Of a stretch of 64,000 nucleotides of DNA, positions 16,716 to 27,700 are shown piece by piece. The stretch lies in NCBI GenBank assembly GCA_041671645.1, contig JBAZBD010000001.1, forward strand, positions 85,561 to 149,560. The letters are read 5' to 3'. The first letter of the stretch is position 1, and each line of letters begins with the position of its first letter. Under the pieces are notes generated by a model, which worked only from the letters and a program-made list of their open reading frames with translations, made no database searches and had not been told where the DNA came from. Origin of the DNA: Patescibacteria group bacterium (GTDB lineage Bacteria; Patescibacteriota; UBA1384; XYA2-FULL-43-10; 1-14-0-10-43-13). A program made the position numbers and the translations under genes.

Positions 16716-18161
16716 ATGCCTGACCTCGATGTCTCAAAAGTTGCAGGCGGGTTCAAGATCCAAAAATATCTGATTCCGATCGGCGGATTTTTTGTCGTCA
16801 TGCTTTTCTCTGTGATCGGTTTTTCTTTTTTTGGGATAATGAGGGACAATCGAATTCCCGAAGTGACACCCATGACCTCAATTTCTGGCGCATCTGTCAC
16901 CTGTCAGGACTGGGGCGCAGGCACAAAGGGTGCCGTCAATTTCCAGGAAGATATTACATATGCTGCCAACAATTCCAAGATCCAGCCAGCTCTGCTAGGC
17001 GCGATTTTTTCGGCTGAGCATGGAGGCTGGCCAGTTTCAAATTGGGCTACTGACGACTATACGACACCAAACCAAACAAGCGGTGCGATGGGCCCGTTTC
17101 AATTCATGCCTGGTACATGGGCTGAACAGTGCAAAAAATACAATAACGATCAGGTTAAAAAATTAGGCTTAGCCCCAATCGCAGATTGCGGTCCGGATAC
17201 CGCCAAGGATTTCAAATCTGCGTCCAAAGTCTCAGCCTATTATCTGAAATATCTGGCCGGCCGGATTACGAAGAATAGTAAAACTGCTGAAAAAGCTGAT
17301 ATTCAAGGTATAGCCGTTTCTTATAACGGTGGCCCAGGAACTTACGATGATTGGAAAGACTCTGGATTTGCGACCCTAAATAGCGAATCCAGCGGATACA
17401 AAACGAAGGTTTGGGATCGCTTTCAGGTTCTATACAAAGGGTGCTCCTCCAATGACGCTACCAATCTACCGACAACTATCTCCTCCTTTGACACTTCATT
17501 TATGAACGCAGAGCCGCTGAAGAGTTGGCTGAAGAATCGACCCAAGATTAACACACAGAGTCAGACCGCCACAGGCATTACTCTCCACTGGACGGGAAGC
17601 TGGGACAAGAATGTGACAGCAGAGCAGGCAGTCAGTAAGTTGATAACCGGTTGGTACAATCGTGATACGGAGACAGACGGCACGAAGTCTTCGGTATTTA
17701 ACCATCTGGTGATTGATCCGGCTGGCAAGGTTTGGCAGCTTATCCCGCTAGATGTAAGACAAGCTGGTTCGGGCAAGGGAACAGTAAATAATATTAGCGC
17801 CAATGACTTCACTATCGGCATTGAGATAGCAGGCACGGGGCCGGCAGATGTGGGGCCCGACACTGCCGCCTACAACGCAGCCCTTACTACTGTCGAAAAA
17901 CTGTTATCCGAGATTCCAACCATCAAGAACGACAGAGGCAATGACCTTAATTTCAAGGCTAAGTCTGGAATATTCGGTCACTTCCAAACCGCAACTGCGA
18001 CAAGCACGAGCACAGTTGGCTGTTCAAGCGCCAAGGATGACCCTGGGCTGGCCTTCATGAAGGAACTTTGGGATGACCTCAAGATTTGGCAGGGGCTCCG
18101 GACAAATGGCAACGGTTGTTATTTCGAAAATGGAAAAAAGAAATATTACCCACCAAGATAA
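16716..18161 (+). CDS. Bifunctional peptidoglycan hydrolase: SLT lytic transglycosylase plus N-acetylmuramoyl-L-alanine amidase (amidase_2/PGRP) domains; VirB1 functional analogue
   Basis: SLT motif AIFSAEHGGW...GAMGPFQFMPGTW. The C-terminal amidase_2-like region is NHLVIDPAGKVWQLIP...FTIGIEIAG. An N-terminal TM anchor is present. Confidence 0.7.
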   Translation: MPDLDVSKVAGGFKIQKYLIPIGGFFVVMLFSVIGFSFFGIMRDNRIPEVTPMTSISGASVTCQDWGAGTKGAVNFQEDITYAANNSKIQPALLGAIFSAEHGGWPVSNWATDDYTTPNQTSGAMGPFQFMPGTWAEQCKKYNNDQVKKLGLAPIADCGPDTAKDFKSASKVSAYYLKYLAGRITKNSKTAEKADIQGIAVSYNGGPGTYDDWKDSGFATLNSESSGYKTKVWDRFQVLYKGCSSNDATNLPTTISSFDTSFMNAEPLKSWLKNRPKINTQSQTATGITLHWTGSWDKNVTAEQAVSKLITGWYNRDTETDGTKSSVFNHLVIDPAGKVWQLIPLDVRQAGSGKGTVNNISANDFTIGIEIAGTGPADVGPDTAAYNAALTTVEKLLSEIPTIKNDRGNDLNFKAKSGIFGHFQTATATSTSTVGCSSAKDDPGLAFMKELWDDLKIWQGLRTNGNGCYFENGKKKYYPPR

Positions 18162-18201
18162 GTTCATATTTCGATGATTTTAGGGTAAAATTATAGTAGA
18201 G

Positions 18202-18248
18202 AATTCTTAGTTAGTAGTTATTAATTTTTATTCAATTTTTAATTTATA
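18202..18248. repeat. AT-rich repeat family member flanking four-helix-bundle gene (left)
   Basis: aattcttagttagtagttattaatttttattcaatttttaatttata is about 85% similar to the 36782 repeat. Confidence 0.6.
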
Positions 18249-18611
18249 ATGTCAAACCCCGACATCTTAAATCTGGAAGAAAGAACCGCAAAATTTGGTG
18301 AGGCGATAATACATTTATGCCAAGAATCAAAGGTAACAATTATTACCGAGCCAATTATACGACAGATAATACGTTCAGCCACGAGTATCGGTGCAAATTA
18401 CATGGAGGCGAATGGGGCCTGCTCAAAGAGTGATTTTAGAAATAAAATCTTTATCTGCAAGAAAGAGACAATGGAGACAAAACACTGGCTGAGAATGCTA
18501 TCGTCAGCTTTACCAGACAAATCCGATGAATTGCGAGAGTTATGGAAAGAAGCGCAGGAGTTAACTTTGATATTTTCTAAAATTGCCGGGTCCTTAAAAT
18601 CTAAAAATTAA
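18249..18611 (+). CDS. Four-helix-bundle protein (23S rRNA intervening-sequence protein family, TIGR02436-like)
   Basis: QIIRSATSIGANYMEANGACSKSDFRNKIFICKKETMETKHWLRML matches the family core (SIGANxAEG...SKxDF...KE..ET..WL). Confidence 0.7.
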   Translation: MSNPDILNLEERTAKFGEAIIHLCQESKVTIITEPIIRQIIRSATSIGANYMEANGACSKSDFRNKIFICKKETMETKHWLRMLSSALPDKSDELRELWKEAQELTLIFSKIAGSLKSKN

Positions 18612-18655
18612 TAATTGATTAAAAAATAGAAATTAATAAATAAGAATTAATTTGA
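18605..18655. repeat. AT-rich repeat family member flanking four-helix-bundle gene (right, inverted and degenerate)
   Basis: Its reverse complement aligns to the left flank (aattctta...ttattaattt...caatt.ttaattt). Confidence 0.5.
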
Positions 18656-19923
18656 ATCTAGAACTGAAAAAAATTGCCTTGTCCCTCTATGTCACGATAT
18701 TTATTGTTGTTTTGGCCATTTTGGGTGCGATCTGGTATTTTACTCGCTCTTTCGCCACGATCAAGGTCTTCCCTGTGGTGGCGACCGTGCGGATAGACGG
18801 CAAAATCTACAAAACTCAAAACGGCACAATCAAGACAATCCTTGAGCCTGGCGTTCATGAAGTTGTAGTTGAGGCGCCCGACAGTATCGGCACCAGCCAA
18901 AAGGTAGATCTGGGCCGAGGATCGAACAAAGAAGTCAGCGTTGCACTGGCCGAGATGCCCAAACCGATCAAAATCGCCTCTGACGCCAAGATGACTTCTC
19001 GCGGTAATGACTTCAATAGCTTCTACTATCTTGGTGAGAATAGCCGAACACTTTTCCGAGTCAAACTCGGAATCGATGACAAGACAGGAGAGATCAAGAC
19101 GCTAGAACATCGCTCTATCACCGATCCGAAACTATCGAGCAACAAGGAGATTGCCTGGTCACCCTCGGGGCAGCTGGCTCTCTTTCGCAAGAACAACAAT
19201 GACATCAACCTCTTTGACTTTGCCAAATATGACTTTGTGAATCAGACCGAGAGGCTCTGGGGCAAGAATATCGGCAGCATGGCCTGGGCACCAGATGATT
19301 CCGAAATCGCTTACTACTACAATCCTGGCACAGGAGAAGAGTCGCTCATCCTTTCAAACCTCGGCAACACCGACATGACTCGGGTAGCCGATTTTGGAGC
19401 TTATAATATTAACAACCCGATATTACACTGGTCGCCAGATTCCGAGTGGCTCTTGGTCATTCCTCGCAACAGCGATTACGCTACCAACAAGATTTATCTC
19501 TTCAATGCCTACGCTCGATCGATCAAGGAGTTCACGGCCGAGGGAGATCAATTGGACGCCTCTTTCTCGCCAGACTCGAACAAAGTCCTTTTCTCGACCT
19601 ACCAGAAGGATCCCAGCAGCTCCATCCCGGGCACCCTCTCGATCATGGACAAAGACGGGCAGAATCTCAAGAATTTGAATTTGAGAGCAGACTTGTCCAA
19701 AATTGTTTGGGCTAATGACTCCAAACATATCGTTGTCTCTACTTACAATCCTGATCTCAAACACGATGAAATCTTCCGATTCAACACCGATACGGGCGAG
19801 AAAGCTGGTTTTATTCTCCGCAACCTTGGGGATATCACGATCAACAACCTTGTTTTGTCCGATGATGAGAAGATGGTAATATATGAGACAAAGGACGGGG
19901 TATACGCCGTCAAAGTGAATTAG
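18652..19923 (+). CDS. Membrane-anchored PEGA-like plus TolB/PD40 beta-propeller repeat protein
   Basis: N-terminal TM, PEGA-like VRIDGKIYKTQNGTIKTILEPGVHEVVV, and repeated PD40 motifs (AWSPSGQLALF, AWAPDDSEIAY, HWSPDSEWLLV, SFSPDSNKVLF). TTG start. Confidence 0.6.
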   Translation: MNLELKKIALSLYVTIFIVVLAILGAIWYFTRSFATIKVFPVVATVRIDGKIYKTQNGTIKTILEPGVHEVVVEAPDSIGTSQKVDLGRGSNKEVSVALAEMPKPIKIASDAKMTSRGNDFNSFYYLGENSRTLFRVKLGIDDKTGEIKTLEHRSITDPKLSSNKEIAWSPSGQLALFRKNNNDINLFDFAKYDFVNQTERLWGKNIGSMAWAPDDSEIAYYYNPGTGEESLILSNLGNTDMTRVADFGAYNINNPILHWSPDSEWLLVIPRNSDYATNKIYLFNAYARSIKEFTAEGDQLDASFSPDSNKVLFSTYQKDPSSSIPGTLSIMDKDGQNLKNLNLRADLSKIVWANDSKHIVVSTYNPDLKHDEIFRFNTDTGEKAGFILRNLGDITINNLVLSDDEKMVIYETKDGVYAVKVN

Positions 19924-19933
19924 CGGAGGGGTA

Positions 19934-21787
19934 TTGGCAGATACGGGACGCAAAAAATTTTTTGATGTTGTATTTAAGAGAAAAGTCAGTCAGCCTAAGC
20001 CGGCTGGCAGTTTTGCTGATGAAGTCGCACCTTACGGCAAATCTCTAACCGACGAGGAAATCGAGAAAGACGAGAAGAATATGGCCCCGCAGGGGGGATC
20101 CTTTGGGGCGAGTCCCGTTGGGGCGGGCACGATCGGCACGCCAAGACCAGGCAGGGCTAATAATCCAAGCGGCGGGGAAGCTTTTGGCAGAGATTTAAAC
20201 GCCCGGTCTTCTTCAGAAAATCCAAATGCGAATGGAGAGAAAGAGGAAAATGAGGATGAAGATGAAGACCCAGAAGACGAGGGTGGAAATGATAGCGATC
20301 AGCCAAAGAAGAAAAATCCTGAGTCCGAAAATTTAGAAAATGAAGCCTTAGAGAAAGCCCAGCAAGAAGAAACTGATCGGGTTGCCAAGAAGGAGGGCCG
20401 TTCGGATCTCCAACAGCCAGATCCAATCCAATCGGGCCATATGAATGCGGAGCCCCAGAAACCAGGGGCTGAGGGACAGAAAAATGGAGACACTGGCGAC
20501 GATGAATCGAGCCAAAAAGCCAAACAAGCTGGGCAAGAAGGCACACCGAAGCCGGCAGCCGCTCAGGGGAACACTGCCGCCCAAAAGGTAGGCCAAGGAG
20601 CGAAGACGGCTGGTAAAGCCGTTAGTAAAGTGGCCGCTGGCGCAGGTCGAGCTATTATGGCCTTCTTCGCCACGCCTCCAGGCCAGATCGTCTTAATCGT
20701 TATCATCTCAATAATTCTAATTGCCATCTTGGTTGGCGTATCTATGAACGGAAGCAAGAAGCAAAACGCACTGAACGGTACAGGCGGGGCTCCGATTGAA
20801 ACTAGACCGATCTCAGACGACGACGCACTGACCAAGCTTCTGATGCTCTCGGGGGATGCCAAAGTCCAGACCGAAATCTCTGACGCACAGATCAACAAAC
20901 TAATCGCTGCTCTCGACGTCGCCATAGCCGATGAAAAAATTGGCGATTACACCGTCCCTGACGGTAATAATAAAATTCCGCTCAAGGATGCCCTGACTGC
21001 GGTCAGAGCGAAATTTACAGCTGCTTCCAAGCTCACCGACGCAAATCAAAAGAAGACTGATCTCCAAGCCGCAATCAAATCCCTACAAGCGCTAGCGGCC
21101 AAGCTTAACACTTCCTGCTTACAGCTTCGGTCTTCCACTTTCTCAAATGTTGCGAAAGCCAACGACAAGCTCGGTCTTCTGACTGGGTGGTTCGTCAGAA
21201 AAGATGGCGCAAAGATTCCAGCGGACAGCTCAATGTGTCAATTCTTTCTCTTCGTAGAAGAAAGCAAAGCCGACAGTCTGCTCAAGGAGAACGGCGTAAG
21301 TATCCTACAACTTTCCTCAATCGTTGGGGCGCACGATATTTATGTGACCAGCAGTATGAACAGCAAAAATGCGGCCATAAACGCTAGTCAAGACAACATC
21401 TGCGTGAAATGTGAGACCAGCTACACCCCAGCTTGCGACAAGAAGTATAATATTACATACAAAACCCAGGGCGGCCAATCGGCCACAGGTTCATGGGCTT
21501 GTATCATGTCTCAGCATGCGACCGGGCATGGCGTTGATATAAATAATCTGAATACAGAAACCGCTGAGGCGAAACAAAAATCAGAAGCCTTTGGCCGATG
21601 GGTGATACAACATTTGCCCGAGTTAAATACAAAGAAAATACTGATTCACCAGTTGATTATCGGCGACAGAGAGTGGGTGCGCGACAACGTAGACAAGACA
21701 GATGAACAAAAGACAGGCCCAATGACAAAAGTCGCGGGGCATACCAACCATACCCACATCGGTTTTGGCAAATACGTAACAAAATAA
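19934..21787 (+). CDS. Hypothetical protein: acidic disordered N-terminal region, single TM, C-terminal domain with M15/VanY-like metallopeptidase motif
   Basis: The E/D/K-rich first roughly 230 aa are followed by the TM segment IVLIVIISIILIAILVGV. The C-terminus contains SQHATGHGVDIN (M15 SxHxxGxAxD-type motif) and a His-rich GHTNHTHIGF. TTG start after GGAGGGG. Confidence 0.45.
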   Translation: MADTGRKKFFDVVFKRKVSQPKPAGSFADEVAPYGKSLTDEEIEKDEKNMAPQGGSFGASPVGAGTIGTPRPGRANNPSGGEAFGRDLNARSSSENPNANGEKEENEDEDEDPEDEGGNDSDQPKKKNPESENLENEALEKAQQEETDRVAKKEGRSDLQQPDPIQSGHMNAEPQKPGAEGQKNGDTGDDESSQKAKQAGQEGTPKPAAAQGNTAAQKVGQGAKTAGKAVSKVAAGAGRAIMAFFATPPGQIVLIVIISIILIAILVGVSMNGSKKQNALNGTGGAPIETRPISDDDALTKLLMLSGDAKVQTEISDAQINKLIAALDVAIADEKIGDYTVPDGNNKIPLKDALTAVRAKFTAASKLTDANQKKTDLQAAIKSLQALAAKLNTSCLQLRSSTFSNVAKANDKLGLLTGWFVRKDGAKIPADSSMCQFFLFVEESKADSLLKENGVSILQLSSIVGAHDIYVTSSMNSKNAAINASQDNICVKCETSYTPACDKKYNITYKTQGGQSATGSWACIMSQHATGHGVDINNLNTETAEAKQKSEAFGRWVIQHLPELNTKKILIHQLIIGDREWVRDNVDKTDEQKTGPMTKVAGHTNHTHIGFGKYVTK

Positions 21788-21790
21788 AAG

Positions 21791-24700
21791 TTGAGGGATG
21801 TGAAGAAATTTTTGCAAAAATTTGTGTTCACGCTGGTTGCGCTGATTTTGGTGTTGAACCCATATATCGAGCTCATCCCGACAGATTACTTCTCCAGCAA
21901 GGCCAAAGCGGCGATCAACGATATCCCTGATCCAGAGATCGCGTCAACCGATGAGAGCGATCATGATTATGAGGAGGAAGTAGATAGCGATTACACCCCA
22001 GAATACTCTCCGAATTTCATCCCCGACCCAGTCAAAGATGCCTTCTCCCTCGTGGTGACTGATACCACTGAGACCTTTACTGATCTTACCAGCACGAGCA
22101 GTCTGCTTGAAGATATTGGTGATGCCAAAATCATCCTGACCCAGAGTGATTTTGACGCGATCAAGGCCCTTCGTTGCATGAAGAATCTACTCCCGCCATT
22201 CGCCGAGAACATGTCAAAACTCTATGAGTTTACGATTCCCGAGGGTATCATTAATTCTAACGAACAATACAAAAACTTCCCAGCCAAAGAGGAAATTGAC
22301 GATGCAGTCTCTAGTGAGGGATCTCAAGCGACGCCAAGATTCGGCACACCCGAAGAATACCTCTCCTATCTCAAATACGGAGACTCTGGCGACCCGCTCC
22401 TCACCACAAACCAGAACAAGGAAAAATTTGTTAACTATGTTGATTCAGCCAAAGCATATTACGGCGACGATCGCTTAAGGGCAGACTGGCTTGCGCAAAT
22501 CGACAACCTTGCAGAGAACAAAACTCTCGATACCGATATAAATACTCTAGCTTGCGTCACTCGGATTACTGACGCAGAACAGCTGATGGCTCTGATTCGA
22601 GAAAGCAAAACTGATGAGACCAAGCGACAGTACTTGCTCGACAGAATCAATGAGAGTCTAGACGGACTCAAGATTGACATCCGCGCAGTCAAGGCCCTGA
22701 TTTATTTGGTTACGCCTAAGAACAAGGGAGGCGCTGGACACTGGAGAATCCGCGTCAAGAAATTCCTCCAAACTGGCCGCAAATCAGGTGAGTCTGATGC
22801 GTTGCTGACTGGAGCCGCCAAAACAGTGAACTGTGATCCGGCCAAATCCGCCGCTGAATGCGGCATGGCTCAGTACCAACCGGGCGAGGCGACGATAGAA
22901 GAGAAAGATGGTAGCGCCTACACTGCCTATCTAGAGTCTATGAACGACGGTGAGCAAAATGATTCAATGCACCAGCAGGGTCAGGCTATTGATATTTCTG
23001 AGATTGACGACATAAGATGCACGATACGGAAAGAGGTTAAGCAGTGGGGAAATGTTAAGGGCCAGAACACTCCTCAACCAACAAGACCAATTAAGTTGGC
23101 CTGGCAGACTACAGAAGGGTTCAACAAATCAGAGGGTGCCAATGACTTTGATATGATGTCTCTTATCAAATCGATGGCGACCTCCGAGGTGGTCGACTTC
23201 CTGGGCTCGATCAACGAGACTGATATGTCTGACTATGAGGGCGACCTGACCAGAGCCAGTTTTGGAGATCTAGTCAACGTAGTGGGCAAGTCCCTAATGA
23301 CTGAAATTCTCGCTTCGCCTGATCATAATTTGAAGGGCTATAGCACCGACAGCACTCTTAGAAACCTGGGTGGTATCTATATCGCTGACTATCTCGGGAT
23401 TAATCGAAAATTATTTACAGACAAACATATCAACACTCCGGGAGATCTCTTCTATGAAATCGGCCGCGGCGCGATCGAGACTCGGATGAAATTGCCTCTC
23501 AACTCACTCGACACGACCAATCCTGCCGTGCCCCTCTTCTCGACCTTGGCCCAGACAGGAACTAGGAAATTGGAGTATGAATTGGGGCTAGCCAACGGAG
23601 ATCTGGCGCGCCTAGACCCAAACTCGGTTGCCAGCATCTATATTGGCGCCCGTGTGATCGAAGGAACGCTTAATTTCAAGAAATTCGTTTGGCCAAGCCA
23701 GGACAAGCCATTTGCTGAGTTTGCCAGCACAGCAGAGGGTCTGAATTGGTTTGATCTGCTTCGGCTCAGCCCAGACACAATCGACATGATGCTTCACCTG
23801 AAGTCTGGTGTGACTGAAGCCTTGGTCAAGGGCAAGACCTTGACTCCGGCTCAGTATGACAAAATGATGAAGTTGCCCGAGGGCACGACGACAGAGTCAG
23901 TCAAGATGAACTCGGACCGATACGCTAGTATCGTTGGGCAAGTTAGATTGGATGAGACAACTTTTGGCTTTCAATACTTCGCCGCCAACGATGCCGCCTT
24001 CTCCTTGCCAACTGGGCTCTGGGCTGAGGTAATCAAATTTAGCCCAGATACTTTGCAACAGAGCCTCGCTGAAGTCGGAATTTATACGCTCTCTCGACTA
24101 TTCGGCGAAGATGATGCTTCTCCTTTGCCAAAGCTAGAAGTGGGAGAGCAGGTTGTCAGTATCCAGACCCATGAGTACGGCAAGGATGTAACTTTCCAGG
24201 CAAATGATGGTAACTTTGGTCGCTGGGTATTCCGAAGTTGGCTTCGAGACAACCTAACCAAATCAACCGAAGAGGCTTGTCAGGCGCCGGCCCGTCCGAT
24301 TGAGGTTGATGTTTCCTTTGATCAAGCTGGCGCTCAGCAGCCAAATCCAAACAGTCTGCTAGATGTTCAAGCAACTTTTGGAACCAATGTATTCAAACCG
24401 GTCAGTCTAGCTCTAGACTACCAAGTCACCTATAATCCAGCCGCCAATGGCATACCACAGCCTTCGAAAACGCTGACCAAAGACGTCTCTGAGATTAGAC
24501 CAATTTCCGAAGAAAAGGCAACGAAATATGGCTTTGTAAATCGAGACTTACAAAGAATCTTTGGCTGTGCATCAGCCAATGGGCGTGATGTCTACCAGCG
24601 GATAGGCTCTGAGCTCCTCTACACCGCCCTGATCAACCAGGCGCTGAGCGAGACTGACCGCGCCAAGATTGACATTATGGACACCGATCCTACAATTCAT

Positions 24701-27700
24701 GTTGCCAACGAAGAGATCAACTTCTACATCCAACGCATCTTCTATATTAAGAAATTGCTTGGACAGATCGACACCCAATACGGCTCAATCGTATCTGAGG
24801 GCAAAGACGACATTAAATCTTTTGTAGATCTTTCGAAACTATCTTATGACCAGCTCAAACAGGTATATGGAGACCTGACCAATCTCCAACTGTTCTCCAT
24901 CAGCAAAATAGCCGCTACCGCCTCACAGACTATGACCGATATCGACACGCTAAAACAGGTGGCCTCCGATTGGAAAGAGTACATGCGGACACGAAGGGCA
25001 GACTTGGTCGGAGATATAGCTGCCGTCAATCAGATTGTTTATCTCGTCAACGAGCTTTGGACCACTATTGCCGAGCTCGATCGTGGCAAGGCTATTAATG
25101 GTGTTGATCGTATTAAATTTCAGCAGATTGATTCTACTCCGCTACAGGAAGTCGTAAACCAGGACAGAAGACAGCAAGCACAAGAGAGATCAGACTCGGC
25201 CAAGAAAAAGGGCCTCTCTGCTTGGCAGGTTGCACAGATGATGTTCGACTGGATTGCCGGTACGATCACTTCCTCCGAGCTCTTTTATCGCCTGGGCGCC
25301 AACTCGATCGAAGCTAACATCGGCCTTCCGCCCAATAGCCTAGTCTACCTAGTCCGCAATTATGACCAAAATGGCATATCTGGCCTCGACGCCTTTTATC
25401 AATCGGTTGGCCAGGCCAGGATTGAGGAAAATTTTGGCATGCCCGCCTTCTATTTCCAGGGCAACTTTGATGCCCAGGCCAAGCCCAACTTCCAATCTGA
25501 CCTGAAGGCAGTCTACAACATGATTACGACGGATTCTGTGCTTAAGCACGATTATCCCGATCTGGCCGCACTATCCGAAGCAGACTTCCTGAAGTATATG
25601 GATAGCCTGCTCACGGCGCCGATGCTCGATTATGCCGCCGATCCCTGGATACAGCTTATCAGGACCCCCGGTAGTCCATATTCGATCAGTAGTGAGCCCA
25701 AGACCCCAGGTGATGATCTCAATGCCTACAAGGCCTTCTACAAGAAAATCGCCGATAGTCAAAAAGCTTATACCAAGAGCACGGCTCATTGGCAGGCAAT
25801 TGTTGACAATGTCGACAAACGTTGGAAAGCCAAGCGCGCCAGTGATGTCAAGGGATTGGGCAGTAGCAAGTACAGCGAATCAACAGTCCAAGACATCGTA
25901 GCAAATATCAAACAGCGCTGCTTCACTGGTGTAAACAAAGCTCAAGCGGATGGTACAGTGAAATGTCTCAATATGACTCGGTCCCCCGAGGATGATCTCC
26001 TTTTCCGTATGGGTCTCCCGCGTGGAAACTTTAACGCTATGACCGCAGAGAATTCAGTCAACAACACGTCCCTCTGGACTCGACTAGCAGGCACTACTCA
26101 GTCAATCGAGCAGGGATTCACAATCGATCAAAACGCGATCAAAGCCCTCTTTACCGGAGAAGATACTCGCTATATTAATCTTTCCCGAAAAGAGAAGCAG
26201 GTGGTCGAGGGTTCTGCTCTCAAAATCAATACCAACGTACTAAGTTTCTACGCTCAGATGCTTAATGGTGAGGTTCTGCCCAACGACACAGATCAGTATA
26301 ATTTGGACACTTGGACTCAGTACTACGTCAGCAACCCGTATGCACCGAAACAGCAAGCCAGTGAGACTTGCCCAGTTCTTTATTTGCCAAAAGGTGACGC
26401 AAGCGGCACCTTTATGGTCAATGAGACTACCCTTGAAAACAATTCATACTGCTATTATGACGCCAAGGGAAGACACTGCTTCAAGAGTTGGGATGAAGCC
26501 CAGCGCTATGCCATTGCCCACGAAGCCGACTCGATAAGACATCTGAAAGTCGTGATAGACGGCAAAGAGCAGGAAATTAGCAACAATATTCTGGGATATC
26601 TTGCCAATCAACTTGTTCTGGCCAACAATGCCGCTTTACCTGACCAAGCGACCACAGATGCCGCCGCAAATGCAAATGTCACCATCCATGGAACTATCGA
26701 ATTAAATCTGAGTGATGTCTACGCAGGACTGGTCAGATTTGTGAATGACAACTCGATGGTCGATATCTTTGGGGATAAGAACAAGAGTATAGCCATGATT
26801 TCGGCCATCGCTGGCTCGACGACTGTGCCGGCTAGTATACTAGAAAAGCTTTTTACTCGTGAACCGAGCGTAAATTCCGTCGCCACTTTCAAGAAGAAGG
26901 TTGGTGTCAAGGAAGCACAAAAAGTTGTCACTTACCAAATTTTTGGAGCTTTGCAACTTGGCCTCGCCGTTGGGCCGGACTACTTCGACGCAGGCGACCT
27001 CTATGATGTCTTGAACGGCGACTACACTGCGCTGACCAACATCGCGACCAATTATATTGATCTGAAGGCTGAGCTGAAGCCTGGCACAACACGTCTTCTC
27101 TACGAAGCTCGCAATCCAGAATCAATTACTTGCGCCCTCGCCCAAGCTGGTGGCTCAATGCTCGGTCGGATCTTTGGCCTCAACAATATTCCGCTCAATG
27201 GGATCCAAAACGTCTCATCATTTAAAGAAGCGGTCGGTCAAGCCAAGGTCGAGGAGACCCTCTCCCTGCCTCGAGGTACCTTCAGGGGCAACAATCTGTA
27301 TGAACTGCTCGACAATGTCGGACCGATCAACTTCATGATCGCCTTTAAGATACCGGTTGACCCATCAGTTGCGAATGGGATTTCTGACGATATCGACAAG
27401 ATACTCAACTCCAACACTAGCTACTCTCAGGGAGCCAATTTGGCCTATCGCTTGACTCGGGTAAGAGATGTTCTCTCGACTCGCAATATTCTTCAAAGTG
27501 ATATTGGCACAGCCATCGCCAATATCAACAGCGCTCTCAAAAATTATTTCATCAATGATCTGCTCAAACAATTTGAAAATGATCCGACCAAGATCCAAGT
27601 TGCCCTGTCGGCCCGTAATCAAAACAATAGAGATTGGTATTATGCGGTCCAGGATTTCTATCAGCAGACCAGTTCACTGGACAAAACTTTTGCGGTCAGC

